The notes under the pieces: generated by a model
Database searches by the model: none
What the model was told of the DNA's origin: nothing
What the model saw: only the letters and a program-made list of their open reading frames with translations
Part shown: piece by piece, positions 1 through 12,800 of the stretch
Layout: every line of letters starts with the position of its first letter
Position numbering within the stretch: the stretch's first letter is position 1
Made by a program: the position numbers and the translations under genes
Assembly (NCBI RefSeq): GCF_001194135.2
Contig: NC_068986.1
Location: forward strand, 22,140,020 to 22,204,019
DNA length: 64,000 nt
Source: Octopus bimaculoides
Lineage: Eukaryota
Direction of reading: 5' to 3'

Positions 1-330
1 GTAGGATACTCCACATTTATTGCAGGCTACCTCATAAACGACATAAGCCCTCGAGCATGTTTTGATGTCGTTGATGGGACAGTTGGTGAGTGTGCTTTCA
101 GTGGAGTTTTTCCTCGACAGAACTTTCTTCAGGAATGGACTGGTGTGTAACAGCTTCCATTGTTCTGTCATCAAAGTAGGGCAGTCTAAGGAAGCACTTT
201 TCTGACCTGATGTTACAGGTTTTCTTGTGTTGTTTACCCAGCTTTCATGCTTCATGGATGCAGTCGTTTAGCTGTGGATGGCAGATAGTTGTGTGCTAAG
301 TTCTTGAGGAACCGCTTGGTGTTAGTGGCT
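1..330 (-). mobile_element. Penelope-like retroelement remnant (GIY-YIG endonuclease region), runs off the window edge
   Basis: Minus frame reads ...NCPINDIKTCSRAYVVYEVACNKCGVSY, matching the C-x-VVY-x-C-x2-C-x3-Y start of PLE GIY-YIG. A frameshifted upstream frame reads CFLRLPYFDD. Confidence 0.7.
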
Positions 331-546
331 TTGTCAGTTACTTCACTGCATCAGTCTCTTATGTGTGTTATTTTGTTTTGTATGTACGTGGCTTTGGCTC
401 TGGTGAACAGGACTGAATCGTAATGCACGAACAGGTTCCTACTTGCCACATTTTTGTAAAAATTTGTGTAGCTATAACCCTAGCTCATTTTAATATATAT
501 AAAATGGTAAAGCTGCTTACGGCCAATATGTAATATAATAATAGAA

Positions 547-760
547 TAATCCTTTCTACTATAGGCACAAGGCCTGAAGTTTTGTGGGAGGAGCTAGTCA
601 ATTACATTGACCCCAGTGTTCAACTGGTACTTATTTCATCAATGCCAAAAGGATGAAAAGCAAAGTCAACCTTGGTGGAATTTGAACTCAGGACATGAAG
701 AGGGACAAAATGCCACTAAACATTTTGTCTGGCTTGCTAACAATTCTGCCAGCTCACCAC
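547..760 (-). mobile_element. SINE family B (tRNA-like head, MetaSINE-like core GCCTTTCATCCTTTCGGGGTCGATAAA, (ATT)n tail)
   Basis: Repeated more than 15 times in the window. The core resembles the Meta domain as I recall it; unverified. Confidence 0.7.
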
Positions 761-3051
761 ATTATATAATCAAACAATAAAAATGACTAGGAACATAATT
801 TGGAATTTTGTATTTAGAATTCAGAATTTGTTTTTATCGAATTTATTCCCAAAACTAGAAAAATAGTTTAGTAGCTGGGTAGTAAAAATCTGAGTTAACT
901 ATATGTGTGTTTGCGTATGCACAGGTGAAAAAGAGAAAGAGTAAGTAATAGTATATCAATCACATATGAGCTGTTTCATACAGTAGCATCTACTATGGGG
1001 TTTAGTTCTGGATTAAAGTGACCATGGGAAGCTGTAAGAAACTGGTGGAAGGAGATCAAATACCTTACATACACATTAACATTTTCAACAAACTTCCTTC
1101 ACAACTGTACATTGCACACCTATGCTTTCTGAGGGGAAAAACAAAAACATATACACACACACATGCAGTGAATATATGCATATCATTAATTCCCATTCTT
1201 AATTATACTAAGTGGAAAAATGAATTCACTCCCAGCAGGATAAGTAAATGATTAGGATGATCATAATGACACTTATAAATTCAAGTAGCTTAATAAGTGT
1301 ACAGAAGGGGAAACCACAACATTCATGCATCTCCAAGGGTTTGATTAATTTTAAGTCGTAGTTGTCCTAATTAGGGATTAAACTGGATAGTGGAATCGTT
1401 TTTGTAAAGAGCTTCTTCTTACCACTACAGCATGAAGCTTAAAGAAAAATAATGATGATGATGATGATGATAATGTTGACAATAAAAAATAAAATAACGA
1501 TAATACATTTCTTGCACAAGCACAATGACTATAGATATTATAGGGGATACTGAGATGTGATTTCATGCTTTTCCCATGAGCATTAGCAATAGAAATGAAA
1601 GTGATTCCAACTGAGAACTGAAACTGCGTCACTTTGCCAAAATTTTATTGAGGTATGACTGAGCCTGCGATTAATTAACTAATTAATTGATAAAATTAAT
1701 AATAATCATTCCTATTTTTGGTACAAAGGTTCCAATGTCTTTCAGACACACAATCTCCACTTTATTAGGCCAGGGCTAAGCAAGTGAGCTGTGTAATCAA
1801 TTGGTCCCTATTCTATCAACCCTTGGTTTCTGGTTGGTACTTTTTATCAACCCCAACTATTTGACCAGTACTTACTTTACCCCTCCCCACTAATTGGTAT
1901 CTACTCCATCAATCTTCATTTTTTTACTGTTATTTTATCACCCCCTCACCCCCACCCAATTTGACCGGTGGTGCCTATTTTATTAACTGAAGACAAATAA
2001 AAGGCCAAGTCAATCTCAGTGGGGTTTGAACACCAAATGTAAAGGGATGCAACTAAATAATGCATGGCAATATTGTTCAATACTCTTGAGATTTTGCCAA
2101 TCCACCAAAGAACATCTGTTGCAGAAACAGCGAAATTCAATTCAGCATAAGGTTAACATTTATTGTCTATGAATAGTTAACAGCGTTTCCATTATATATA
2201 TATATACGTATTTGTGTTCCATCTTTCAATGCTGAGTTAAAAAGGCTAAAAATGAAGATGGATCTGGATCTGAATAGTAAAATATTTTCTTCTCATCTTT
2301 AAAAATTTATAGAGATAGATCTTTATGAAGGATGGAAAAACTAAGAAAGATCAAAGAATGAAAATAAAGACGGATATGAGTTATGTCCAATATATCATCA
2401 GGCTTTTGATATTCAATATGTTTGCAGTTGCATTTCATTTATTATTATTATTATTATTATTCAGTAGTTTTATTATTATTATTATTATTATTATTTCTTC
2501 TGAATAGGTTTATGGTTTTGATAAAGAAACAATGTCACTAATCGTGTGAGTTAGAAGGTAATAAAATATATTGAAAACATCAGTTGGTTTATCAGTAATA
2601 TCATAATTATGAATGCTTAAAATAAACAGAAGAGAGAGAGAGAGAGAAAGAGAAAAAAAAAATCTATCTTGTTTATGAAGCATTTTTAGAAAGGTTTAAT
2701 TTTTAACAACTTAGTCATGTCAGAGCAGACTTTAAACCAAAAGCATTCTTGCCAAGACAATTTCATCTGCTTTGTTTTTCTAGGTATAGCACATCTTAAA
2801 CTACATTATCCAACATGTTGTTCACTTAAGACAGTAGGGTGCAATTTGGTTGCTATTTCTAGCAGGTCAAATGAGTAAATCAGAGGTTCCATTGCACCCA
2901 TTGATGTTTGAAAAACTGCAAGGGCTGAGCGAATAAGAAGATGCAACTGACTGAGAGGTCACAGCATTATTTCCTGCAGCAGGTTTTGCATTATTTCAGA
3001 GCAAAACATTAAATGTATTGTAAAACAGTTTGAATGCTTGAATAATTAATC

Positions 3052-3093
<42 letters not shown>

Positions 3094-3725
3094 CAGCTTC
3101 ATCATCATCTAACTTTTAATACGTTTCAAGTGAAGTTTTCAATACAGAATATCAGGCTCCTAATTTAAAAACCATAATTTACTTTAATATATAAGAAAAG
3201 AAGAAGAAAAGCAAAAGAAAAAAAGAAAAAGCAGAACAAGAAAAGATTATCCACAGACAAAGTTATCTTGTACAGNNNNNNNNNNNNNNNNNNNNNNNNN
3301 NNNNNNNNNNNNNNNNNNNNNNNNNNNNNNNNNNNNNNNNNNNNNNNNNNNNNNNNNNNNNNNNNNNNNNNNNNNNNNNNNNNNNNNNNNNNNNNNNNNN
3401 NNNNNNNNNNNNNNNNNNNNNNNNNNNNNNTTTGGCTTTTTAGAATTTAATTTAATATGAGAATAGTTGAGATGGAGGAGGGATTTGTTAGAAGTGTGAA
3501 CCTTACAGAAATGGCATCCGTAACCAAAATATACAAATAAATAAATAAATATAAATTTTGCTGTGTCACTAGCATGATGGGATGTGTGAGCACAAAATCA
3601 ATTGGTTGGAGTGTTTTTGCTCGGTTTTTTTTTTTTGTTTTTCATTTTTGCTTTCAGAAAAATAAAAAAAAATAAAAACAAAAATTACCTTCAAGGAAGG
3701 GGAGAAAAAATTATTTTAAAAAATC

Positions 3726-3759
<34 letters not shown>

Positions 3760-3893
3760 GTAATAATAAAAATAATAGGAATCCATATGAAAGCAAGTAT
3801 TCCTAATGAGATCCTTGATAAAGTTCATCTTGAAGAAAAGAAGAAAAAGCCAGCAATTTACACAAATGGAACAGCAGTATGGAGGTACAAATG

Positions 3894-4132
3894 CTAGCTG
3901 ATGCAGCAGCTTTTGCGACAGTTAGGGGGTGATTCAGTTGGATTAAGGTATTTCAACTTTTTAAGCTTGTCCCTGTGTATGAAGCTGTGCATGCGTGTGC
4001 TGCGTGTTTTATTAGTCATCGCATATGATTTCAAATGAGATTTCAGACGAGGTGGTAATGGCAACTGGTCAATACCATAAATGGTGGTACAAGACACTAT
4101 TGTCCGACAAGCAAGTTCTTGGAGACTCAAAA
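3894..4132 (-). CDS. RAB40: Rab40 terminal exon: SOCS box (LSLQELACRTIV...LPLPPRLKSHL), basic tail, C-terminal SCCIS, TAG
   Basis: GTTTCTCGTTTCAG| acceptor, phase 1. BC-box and LPLP Cul5-box motifs. Stop TAG at 3894-3896. Confidence 0.95.
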
Positions 4133-4499
4133 CTGAAACGAGAAACATGAAAATATTGAGAAATATAAAAAAAAAACAGAAAAAACAAAAAAACAAAGAT
4201 ACAGAAAAAAAAACTTAATTTAAAATATAAATATCAACAAAGAATGTATATTAGATAATTCTTCTTAACTTTGGCAGAAGGCTAGCAATTTTGAGGGGAG
4301 GGGAAGTTGATTATAATGACTTGTGTTCAACTGGTACTTATTTCATCGACCCCCAAATGGATAAAAAGCAAAGTCAACCTTGGTAGAATTTAAACTCGGA
4401 ATGGCATGTTTTTACTAAAGTTCTCCAGGACAAAAAAAAAAACATTGGTGAGTGATATAGAAGAACAAGATACATCTGGTTCTTTGAAAAGAGAGAGAA

Positions 4500-4860
4500 A
4501 CTAAAGGTGATAAATGAGGAAATGAGGTGGTTGTTGGTTGTTCATGACTATTTTCATCCTCTCTGACAGTTTGACAAGTCAGGAGGGCCAGGGTATAGTT
4601 ATTTTGGGGAATAAGGCACACTATTGCAACGAAGCTTGTAATGAGGTAGACACTGCTGTGACTAGTTGACCGCCTGAATTGAGTAATTGAAGAACTTTTC
4701 ACACTTAGAAATTGTGTGCATATAGTGGTAAGACAGGAAAAGTGGAGAAGGAAAGTTCTGTTGCGTGCATGTAGTATGAAAAGCAAAATGGAAAACAACT
4801 GCAGTGATCTTATCATCAACAGTGCAATTTTTCGACCTATAGTGTTCTTGGTTGAGGAGT
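4500..4860 (-). mobile_element. Probable old LINE 3' remnant (explains ORF 4415-4819)
   Basis: Similar composition and partial motif resemblance to the 40590 and 51460 remnants; heavily decayed. Confidence 0.35.
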
Positions 4861-5360
4861 GGTAGTCAGAGATCTTTACAAGGGATCAGAAAGTTTAGTG
4901 TCAGTTACGAACGCCAGAGTTCACAAAAGCAATATTTGCTTTCTTGATAGACGCCTCATTTGTTGGCTGCATTTGAGGGGGGAAAAAAAAAAATTATGAA
5001 AAGACCAGTAAACTATAATTTCAAGCCCTACTTTAAGCTTTTTAATTCATCTTGAAACCAAGGTATATTATACACCCGACACTGAGGTCTTGATATTAAG
5101 GACACTCGGCCTTAAATTTCCACTCTGGCACTTCAACCAAATATATGAAGTTGCAGGATGTTCATTCCACAATACTGAATACTGTGGGTAAATAAATGTA
5201 AATGTTCTGTTCAAAATTCTACAAATCTCTCAAAACTAATTACAATAATTCCATGTGTAGCAAGAGCAAAAGAATTGCAATGCTTTGAACAGAGCATTTC
5301 TGACAAAGAAAAATTCTCTGAGAAATTTATGAACTAAATTTTTACTGATACAAACAACTA

Positions 5361-5588
5361 TTAACCCTTCTGTTACTGTATTTCAGTTGAAATAAAAATT
5401 TTGTTTCACTAAAATTTTCAGAGTAATGAAGACTTTAGTAAAATAACTTTATCAGTAATAAATTAGAGTTTGAAGCAAAAATTAATATGACATTTTGACT
5501 GAAGGCTTTAATTTAGATCACTTTAAAACATGAAGTTTATATCATAGAACTAAGATGGTCTCAGAAGGGTTGGTATCAAAAGAGTTAC
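5361..5588 (-). mobile_element. piggyBac-like MITE family 2
   Basis: TTAA|CCCTTCTGTTAC...GGTATCAAAAGAG|TTAC; reverse of the 61537 copy. Confidence 0.6.
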
Positions 5589-5812
5589 ACACTCTGAATT
5601 CAAGAGTTTTATTCTTTTACTTGTTTCAGTCATTTAACCGTAGCCATGCTGGAGCACCTTCATATTTCTAGAACTCTTTAAATATTACTGTTTTAATATT
5701 TTTCCAATAATGATCAAGGAAACTAGTGTCATAAATGAAGTAAACCAAATAATAAAAATTTTAAACAGAAAGGCAGAAAAAAAAGAAAAAGAAATAAGAA
5801 AATATTTTATAC

Positions 5813-6035
5813 CTTTATTTGGACCCCAGGTTCTGCTCATTCCATTTCTTTTTAGCGCAAGTCGTGAAAGTTCAGCTAATGACTCTTGAACGTTGAAGTC
5901 ACATAAAGGACTAACTTCAAAGAAGGCCAAATCGTTCTTCAGAGCATATGATTCAGCAGTAATTTCACTAACTTGGCGTTTATAAGCTAAATGTAGACGG
6001 TTTCCAATTAGAATTTTAGGTACACCGGGTGCATG
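5813..6035 (-). CDS. RAB40: Rab40 exon 5 (HAPGVPKILIGNRLHLAYKRQV...FFEVSPLCDFNVQESLAELSRLALKRNGMSRTWGPNK)
   Basis: TTTTTCCAG| acceptor and AAAG|GTATA donor, 223 nt. Rab40-type G4 (GNRLH) and G5 (EVSPL). Confidence 0.96.
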
Positions 6036-6085
6036 CTGGAAAAAGAAAAAAATTTTTTATTGAGATTAGTAATGATCCAAATATA

Positions 6086-6088
<3 letters not shown>

Positions 6089-6156
<68 letters not shown>
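6089..6156. repeat. (GT)n microsatellite
   Basis: Directly visible. Many other (GT)n, (TA)n, (GA)n, (TAA)n and (GAT)n tracts occur throughout. Confidence 0.98.
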
Positions 6157-6159
<3 letters not shown>

Positions 6160-6512
6160 GCGCAGGTGCGGCTGTTTGGTAAAGAAATTTTCTCTTCGTG
6201 GTTTTGAATCCAATCTCACAGTGTGACAACTCAGGCAAAGGTCTTCTTCTATAAGCCCAGGGTCAACCAAAGCTCTATGAGTGGATTTGGTATTACAGAA
6301 ACTGAAAAAAAGTTCAATTTATATATATGTATCTTTTATCTTTTACTTGTTTCAGTCATGAGACTGCGGCCATGCTGGGGCACTGCCGTGAAGAAATTTT
6401 AGTTGAATGAATCAACCCTGTACTTATTTTGTTTTTTAAGCCTGGTGCTTACAAGATCAATCTCTTATGCCAAACTGCTAAGTTACAGACACATAAACAC
6501 ACCAATACTGGT
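6160..6512. mobile_element. SINE family A fragments: + head (6160-6310) and - tail (6332-6512)
   Basis: Similarity to family A head and tail. Confidence 0.65.
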
Positions 6513-6765
6513 GTTTGAGAAATACACCTTTTCAGTATATAACACTATTGCAAAATAAACTTAATTGAATAAATAAACGAGTATATAGTCTGTTCTAAAA
6601 TAGCCAACATGACTCTTCTACAATGTAATTGTTGGAATTTTAACACCCAAATTCAGATCAAGTCACTCGTTAAACTAGTACATCTACTAAATGTTAATTG
6701 AATTAAAAATTGAGAAAGAAGAAGTAAAGGAAACATAAAATATCATTCAAAAGAGGTTAACGTAC

Positions 6766-6843
6766 TTCATCCACTTCTCTTAACCATCGGTTGATACCAT
6801 CAAATGACCATCTGTTTGTGATGTCATACACCAGCAGTATTCC
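6766..6843 (-). CDS. RAB40: Rab40 exon 4 (GILLVYDITNRWSFDGINRWLREVDE)
   Basis: CCACAG| acceptor and GAA|GTACG donor, 78 nt, phase 0/0. Confidence 0.96.
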
Positions 6844-7094
6844 CTGTGGAAACAAATGTGCAAAAGTTATTATAGGGCTCAATTTATTTATTAATTTATT
6901 AATCACCAAAATGTTTGAGGTTAGAAAAGAGACCAATGACAAGAATCAGTTATTCATGCAACTTAGGTGATGGAAGCTATTGCTGTATAGCCCAAGGTCA
7001 CCAATGATTGTTGTTGTAGTTGTTCTTCATCATTATCAGCATCAGCAACCCCCACCCCACCCCGAATATTACTGTTTTGAGCCCTAGAACTCAT

Positions 7095-7303
7095 AGGGCC
7101 AGTTACCCAGTTTCCACGGCATATAAGTAACTGAGATCACAACATTGCCCCCGTTGCAGAGTTACTCATTTACAGCTGAGAGGACCGGAGCAATATGAAA
7201 TAAAGTATTTTGTTCAAGAACACAATACATTGCCTGGTCGGGGAATTGAAACCATGATCTTGTGATTGAGAGTGCAAAACCCTAACCACAAGGCCATGCA
7301 CCT
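7095..7303 (-). mobile_element. SINE family D
   Basis: Reverse complement of the 7702 copy head/core. Confidence 0.7.
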
Positions 7304-7701
7304 TCACTCTCCATGATCGGGTTGACTTATAAATCAAGATGTTACAACCACCCAGTCACATTTCAAAATGAATGTAGGATTTAAAATTTTTTTAAATATT
7401 TTAGTGAAGAGGGAAGGGCAGAGTCCTTGATCCATTACAGGACTTCTGAGACTGGTGAAAAAGATGAGAAGAGGAGGGAAGAAATTATCCTCAGATTGGA
7501 GACCTGACTGGAATGCTTGCATCAGGGTGGATTCCGCTAAAGGCACCCTGTCATGCCAGGTGGTGGTGTTCAACTGGGTGACAGATTGAGCCTGCCAACC
7601 CACTTAAGCTATGGTAGGATTTGAACTTGGAGCACAAAGAGCCTGAACAAACACCTCAAAGTATCCAGACATTCTTATAGTTCACCAACCCACTGCCCCG
7701 T

Positions 7702-7935
7702 GGAGGTATGTGGCTTAGTGGTTAGGGTGTTGAATTCGTGATCATAAGATTGTGGTTTCGATTCCTGGACTGGGCGATGCATTATGTCCTTAAGCAAAAC
7801 ACTTCATTTCATGTTGCTCCAGTCCACTCAGCTGGCAAAAATGAGTAACCCTGCAATGGACTGGCATCCCATCCAGGTGGATAATTTATATGCCTTGGAA
7901 ACCAGGAAAGTGGCCCTTATGAGGTGGCATGACTT
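7702..7935 (+). mobile_element. tRNA-derived CORE-like SINE family D
   Basis: A box TGGCTTAGTGG, B box GGTTTCGATTCC, core CCTTAAGCAAAACACTT. Copies at 7095-7303(-), 34915-35145(+), 51813-51968(+). Confidence 0.75.
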
Positions 7936-8869
7936 GAGAAAGAAAAAAGAAAAAAGAAACACCTACTTTTTTTGTCAACGCAAAAAAAAAAAAAAAAAAA
8001 AAAAANNNNNNNNNNNNNNNNNNNNNNNNNNNNNNNNNNNNNNNNNNNNNNNNNNNNNNNNNNNNNNNNNNNNNNNNNNNNNNNNNNNNNNNNNNNNNNN
8101 NNNNNNNNNNNNNNNNNNNNNNNNNNNNNNNNNNNNNNNNNNNNNNNNNNNNNNNNNNNNNNNNNNNNNNNNNNNNNNNNNNNNNNNNNNNNNNNNNNNN
8201 NNNNNNNNNNNNNNNNNNNNNNNNNNNNNNNNNNNNNNNNNNNNNNNNNNNNNNNNNNNNNNNNNNNNNNNNNNNNNNNNNNNNNNNAAAAAAAAAAAAA
8301 AAAAAAAAAAACCCCGAAGAGGACCTTTGGGATGGTACCCAAGATAAAAGCATGAATCACTCATCTAGTTATGTAGTCTGGTATTTTATTTTAATCAAGT
8401 TATCATCATCATTTAGCATCTGCTTTTCTTGCTGGCATGCATTAGACGGTTTGACTGGAACTGGTGTGCCGGAGAGCTGTACTAGGTTCCAGTCTGATTT
8501 GGTTTGGTTTCTACCAACCAATCCAAGAGTGTAGTGGGTGCCTTTTACGTGTCTCCAGCACCAGCCACAATTAAAAATACACTTGGCTTGATGAGGGAGA
8601 AAATTACATTTATATTAGGTTTTTGTGTTGTAAACCCAATACTTATACAGTGTATGTGTTTTGCAGCTCCCTGCTGCAACGTTTTTTATAGACTAACATA
8701 ATAGGACCTATTTATTTAATTGAAAAACAAAATAAAATCGTCTGACAGGCTGAACTAATAAATTATTCTATGTTCAGTATTAAACCAAGCTTACAGAATA
8801 TATGAATACAAATTAAGTCATTATTGTCCAATGAAAAATATAAACAATATTAAGCAGTACTTAATTCAG

Positions 8870-9040
8870 TCACCCAGTTTGCTAGAAATAACAACCAAAA
8901 TTCCCTCAAAACAAACCATATCACCTTAAAGAGAGTAACAATACACTGGATAATGTAGTTCCAAATATACAAAAAGTTGTGATGGTCATAGTTGGAATGC
9001 TCTGATCAAACCACAGCTGGATCAGGGCTGACCTTAAGAT
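8870..9040. repeat. Interspersed repeat family E (GCTAGAAATAGCAGCCAAA...GGATAATGTAGT...GGAATGC..TGATCA)
   Basis: Homologous copies at about 2710-2890, 21740-21900, 38950-39160, 55210-55400, 55700-55830 and 60810-60990, in both orientations. Confidence 0.6.
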
Positions 9041-9830
9041 GTCAAGTTCTTTACTAGAGGTTCAGGGTTGAGAAAAGAAACCTTAGCGTACATCCATCTG
9101 AAACTCTTCGTATAATGCTAAACCTAATCTACTTCACATGTCCATTATCTAAACCAGGTTTCTCTGTGTTAACAACTGCAAGTCTTTGTCATTTGTTCTT
9201 TTGCGCCCCCACCCCTCAGATTAATAAGCACTGTAATTTTATGACTTTGTATAATGTAAATTTACAGCCTACAGCTGGATGCTTTTCCTAACACCAACCA
9301 TTTCCCAGTACACTTTGTGGAAGGGCATCCAGCTATAGACACCGTGCCAGAGCAAGCACTGGAACTTGGCAAAGTTCTCTGGTTTGTCAACTCCTGTTAA
9401 ACCATCCAACCCATGCCAGCATGGAAAATGAATGTTAAAGAGTGGTGGTTTTGATTACATCTCTCAATTTCTCAATGACTTTCTCTGCTTTGTTACTTGG
9501 TTAAAATAAAATGCCAGACTATGTATTACATAACTAAATAAGTAACCCATGTTTTCACCTTGGCTATTATCCTTAAGGTCCTCTCTGGTTTACTTTATAT
9601 TCTTAATTTCCTTGCTTAAAATACTTTACAACTGGTTCTCTACTGGTTTTATTTGGCAAGATTTTACTTAGACTAATTCAACCTCAATTTTACCAAATAT
9701 TTCTTATAACATTCCTAAAATTGTGGGAAATTCTCAAAGAAATGAAAAATTTTCCTAAATATGAAATACCAGTTTTTTTTTTTTTTCATCATAAAAGTTA
9801 AAGCAATTTAGCAAGTCAAATAATATTTAC

Positions 9831-9891
9831 CTGAGCACCACGTGAGTAGGAGCGAAATATGGTACAGAACCTTCCTTGTCCTGATGTATCC
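9831..9891 (-). CDS. RAB40: Rab40 exon 3 ([20 protein letters not shown], switch II)
   Basis: TTTTATAG| acceptor and CAG|GTAAAT donor, 61 nt. Diagnostic Rab40 [20 protein letters not shown]. Confidence 0.96.
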
Positions 9892-12800
9892 CTATAAAAA
9901 TAGAACATTAAACTAGTTAGTAAGTAGAGAAAAGAATAATCCTTGTATATTAAATAAAATGAAAATAAAACTTTTCCTTTTTGTTTTCTCCCTCAGAAAT
10001 TTACTTCTGTAACAAGAGGAAAATTAAGAGTTAGGCTTACCACTTCAGAAAATATATTTAGTTATGTACATGTAAGAAGGTTTGAAATGTATGAATGCAC
10101 GTTTTACATGAAGGTAACGATATATATCAATCAGAAGGCAATGTGTTTGGTTAGCAAACATAATTTATTCCTTGATCACATATGAAGTAGTAGGCACATC
10201 AGAGATATGCGTTCAAGGAAGCAGGATGTAGGAGACAAAGGTTAATTCCTTAATACAAATCAAGGTAGTTAGCTCTGGTACTTGACTGCAAATCTAAAAT
10301 ATCCAATGAGTTTTGCCATGTAAAAAGCACCCAGTCCACTATGTTAAGTGGTTGGCATTAGGAAGGGCATCCAGCTGTGGAAACCATGCTGGAAGAGACA
10401 ATGGAGCCTGGTGCAGCTCCTGGCCTAACCAGCTCCTAGTAAACTGTCCAACTTTTGCCAACATAGAAAATGGTCATTAAATGATGATGATGGTGATGAT
10501 ATATAAACACACACAATGCGTTTTCAGAGTTTCTGTCAACCAAATTTATTGCCAAGGCATCAGTTGAGCCAGGACTATAGCAGACAGACTTGCCCAAGGT
10601 GCTGAACAGTGGGACATAACCAAACAGCTATGCCTGCACCTAAATGTATAATTTTAATTGATTAATGGTGTGTAGGATGGGTCAATCATTACATTAAATA
10701 TTGTTAGCTCCCATTTGACTATTAATATTTTACCTCAATCGCTTTATCTGCCATAACACATCTGAATTGTAAACTCTGAAACCCACCACCACAACCCACC
10801 TGATGCACTTGGTGCTCCCCCCTCCACCACCACCACCACCACCACCACCGCCGCATCTGTTGTTAGACTCTTCAGACTCAGCAGTTAACTAGTCATACAA
10901 TATTTCCTCAGATGAACTACTGTTTTCTAGCCTATTGTTTTCCTTCTTATTTACTAACCTGCAACANNNNNNNNNNNNNNNNNNNNNNNNNNNNNNNNNN
11001 NNNNNNNNNNNNNNNNNNNNNNNNNNNNNNNNNNNNNNNNNNNNNNNNNNNNNNNNNNNNNNNNNNNNNNNNNNNNNNNNNNNNNNNNNNNNNNNNNNNN
11101 NNNNNNNNNNNNNNNNNNNNNNNNNNNNNNNNNNNNNNNNNNNNNNNNNNNNNNNNNNNNNNNNNNNNNNNNNNNNNNNNNNNNNNNNNNNNNNNNNNNN
11201 NNNNNNNNNNNNNNNNNNNNNNNNNNNNNNNNNNNNNNNNNNNNNNNNNNNNNNNNNNNNNNNNNNNNNNNNNNNNNNNNNNNNNNNNNNNNNNNNNNNN
11301 NNNNNNNNNNNNNNNNNNNNNNNNNNNNNNNNNNNNNNNNNNNNNNNNNNNNNNNNNNNNNNNNNNNNNNNNNNNNNNNNNNNNNNNNNNNNNNNNNNNN
11401 NNNNNNNNNNNNNNNNNNNNNNNNNNNNNNNNNNNNNNNNNNNNNNNNNNNNNNNNNNNNNNNNNNNNNNNNNNNNNNNNNNNNNNNNNNNNNNNNNNNN
11501 NNNNNNNNNNNNNNNNNNNNNNNNNNNNNNNNNNNNNNNNNNNNNNNNNNNNNNNNNNNNNNNNNNNNNNNNNNNNNNNNNNNNNNNNNNNNNNNNNNNN
11601 NNNNNNNNNNNNNNNNNNNNNNNNNNNNNNNNNAGACCAAATTATATAACCTACAACTTCAGTATAAAATTTTGTATGCTGTGTGTGACTGGTTTGTTTT
11701 CAGCTTCTGAAAGCTTGTTCAGAAAAATCATTGGAAAAATTTGTCTCGTCACAATCCTTTTTGTAAAATCTAAAAGAGAAAGCTTTAGGGGTTGGGGAGA
11801 AAACATTGCCTTTTTATACACAGTCATTATAAACAAAACAGAATGTCAGAATTAGACTCAGTAAGGCTGGAGGGGCTTAACTATTTCATCATCATTTTTA
11901 AGTTTCACTTTACTAATAGAAATAAAATGCAAAATAAAAGTCAAGCTATGACTGAACATGGATTATCTAATCCAGAACCTGATTAGATAATTTGACATAA
12001 AAATATAATATTTTTAAGTAACTCAACTAGTTTGTTAGATGAGCTGTATTATTTAAGTACTTTCTTAATCATAAAACTGCACTGCTTAGCAGCAAATGTT
12101 CAATATAACTACCTAATACTTAACCACTGCAACAGCCTAAGAGGAAAATATAAAATATGGAAATAAATAAAAAAAAAGGTGATAAATCAATTGGAATCAA
12201 GTTATAATAGAATGTATGAAATAAATTAATTGAAAAGAAGAGCAGGGTTTTTAAAAAATGCCTATGCACAGAAATGTTTTCAGAATATTTCACATTTGAG
12301 TCATAAATCATAATTAACCCTTTCACATTAACAGTTTACACCATGTAATTTTGTCTGCCCTCGTTGAATGATGTAATTTAAAATTATTTAGTGCATTGCC
12401 TGATCACTTGTAAAGGATGCATTTTATGCTTGTGTTTGCAAGTATAATAATGATGCAAGCGGGTGTTTTTTTTCCTTCTCTTTTTCTTTCTGGAAATCAT
12501 ACATGCATTGTTACAAGTAATATAAACCTAATTAAAAGAACAAGAAAAAAAAGCTTAAGTTTGAATCAATGAAAGATTATATACTTTTGAAAAATAAAAA
12601 TATCTTGTATTCTTTAATGCCCTACCCTTACACATACATACATATATGCACACCCATAAACATCACACACTGAAAATTTATGTAATAGAAACACAATGGT
12701 TTAAATTAATATAGTGATTATTGCGGTTAGGACGATTACTAGGAAAACAAATGCAAAACTGCGAAACAATCAGTTGTCTCGGTTACACACACACATACTC

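Noticed and set aside
3858-3896. Stop-codon readthrough of Rab40
   Set aside because: TAG-CAT-TTG is not a recognised leaky context, and the extension would bury the prenylation motif.
4133-4196. Hydrophobic N-terminus of ORF 3894-4196 (and of 6757-6942) as a signal or TM segment
   Set aside because: This is the translated intronic polypyrimidine tract upstream of the true acceptor.
7702-7775. tRNA genes suggested by A/B boxes here and at SINE A heads
   Set aside because: No complete cloverleaf; each continues into a SINE core and tail.
7982-8310. Poly-A as the tail of a processed pseudogene
   Set aside because: No upstream coding sequence; the A-runs flank an assembly gap after a SINE.
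7784-11855. Long ORFs 7784-8364 and 10912-11855 (likewise those at 3268, 18095, 43827, 45567 and 58311)
   Set aside because: They exist only because they read through N gaps (3276-3430, 8006-8287, 10967-11633, 18198-18281, 43931-44099, 45691-45755, 54215-54266, 58417-58657) and homopolymers.
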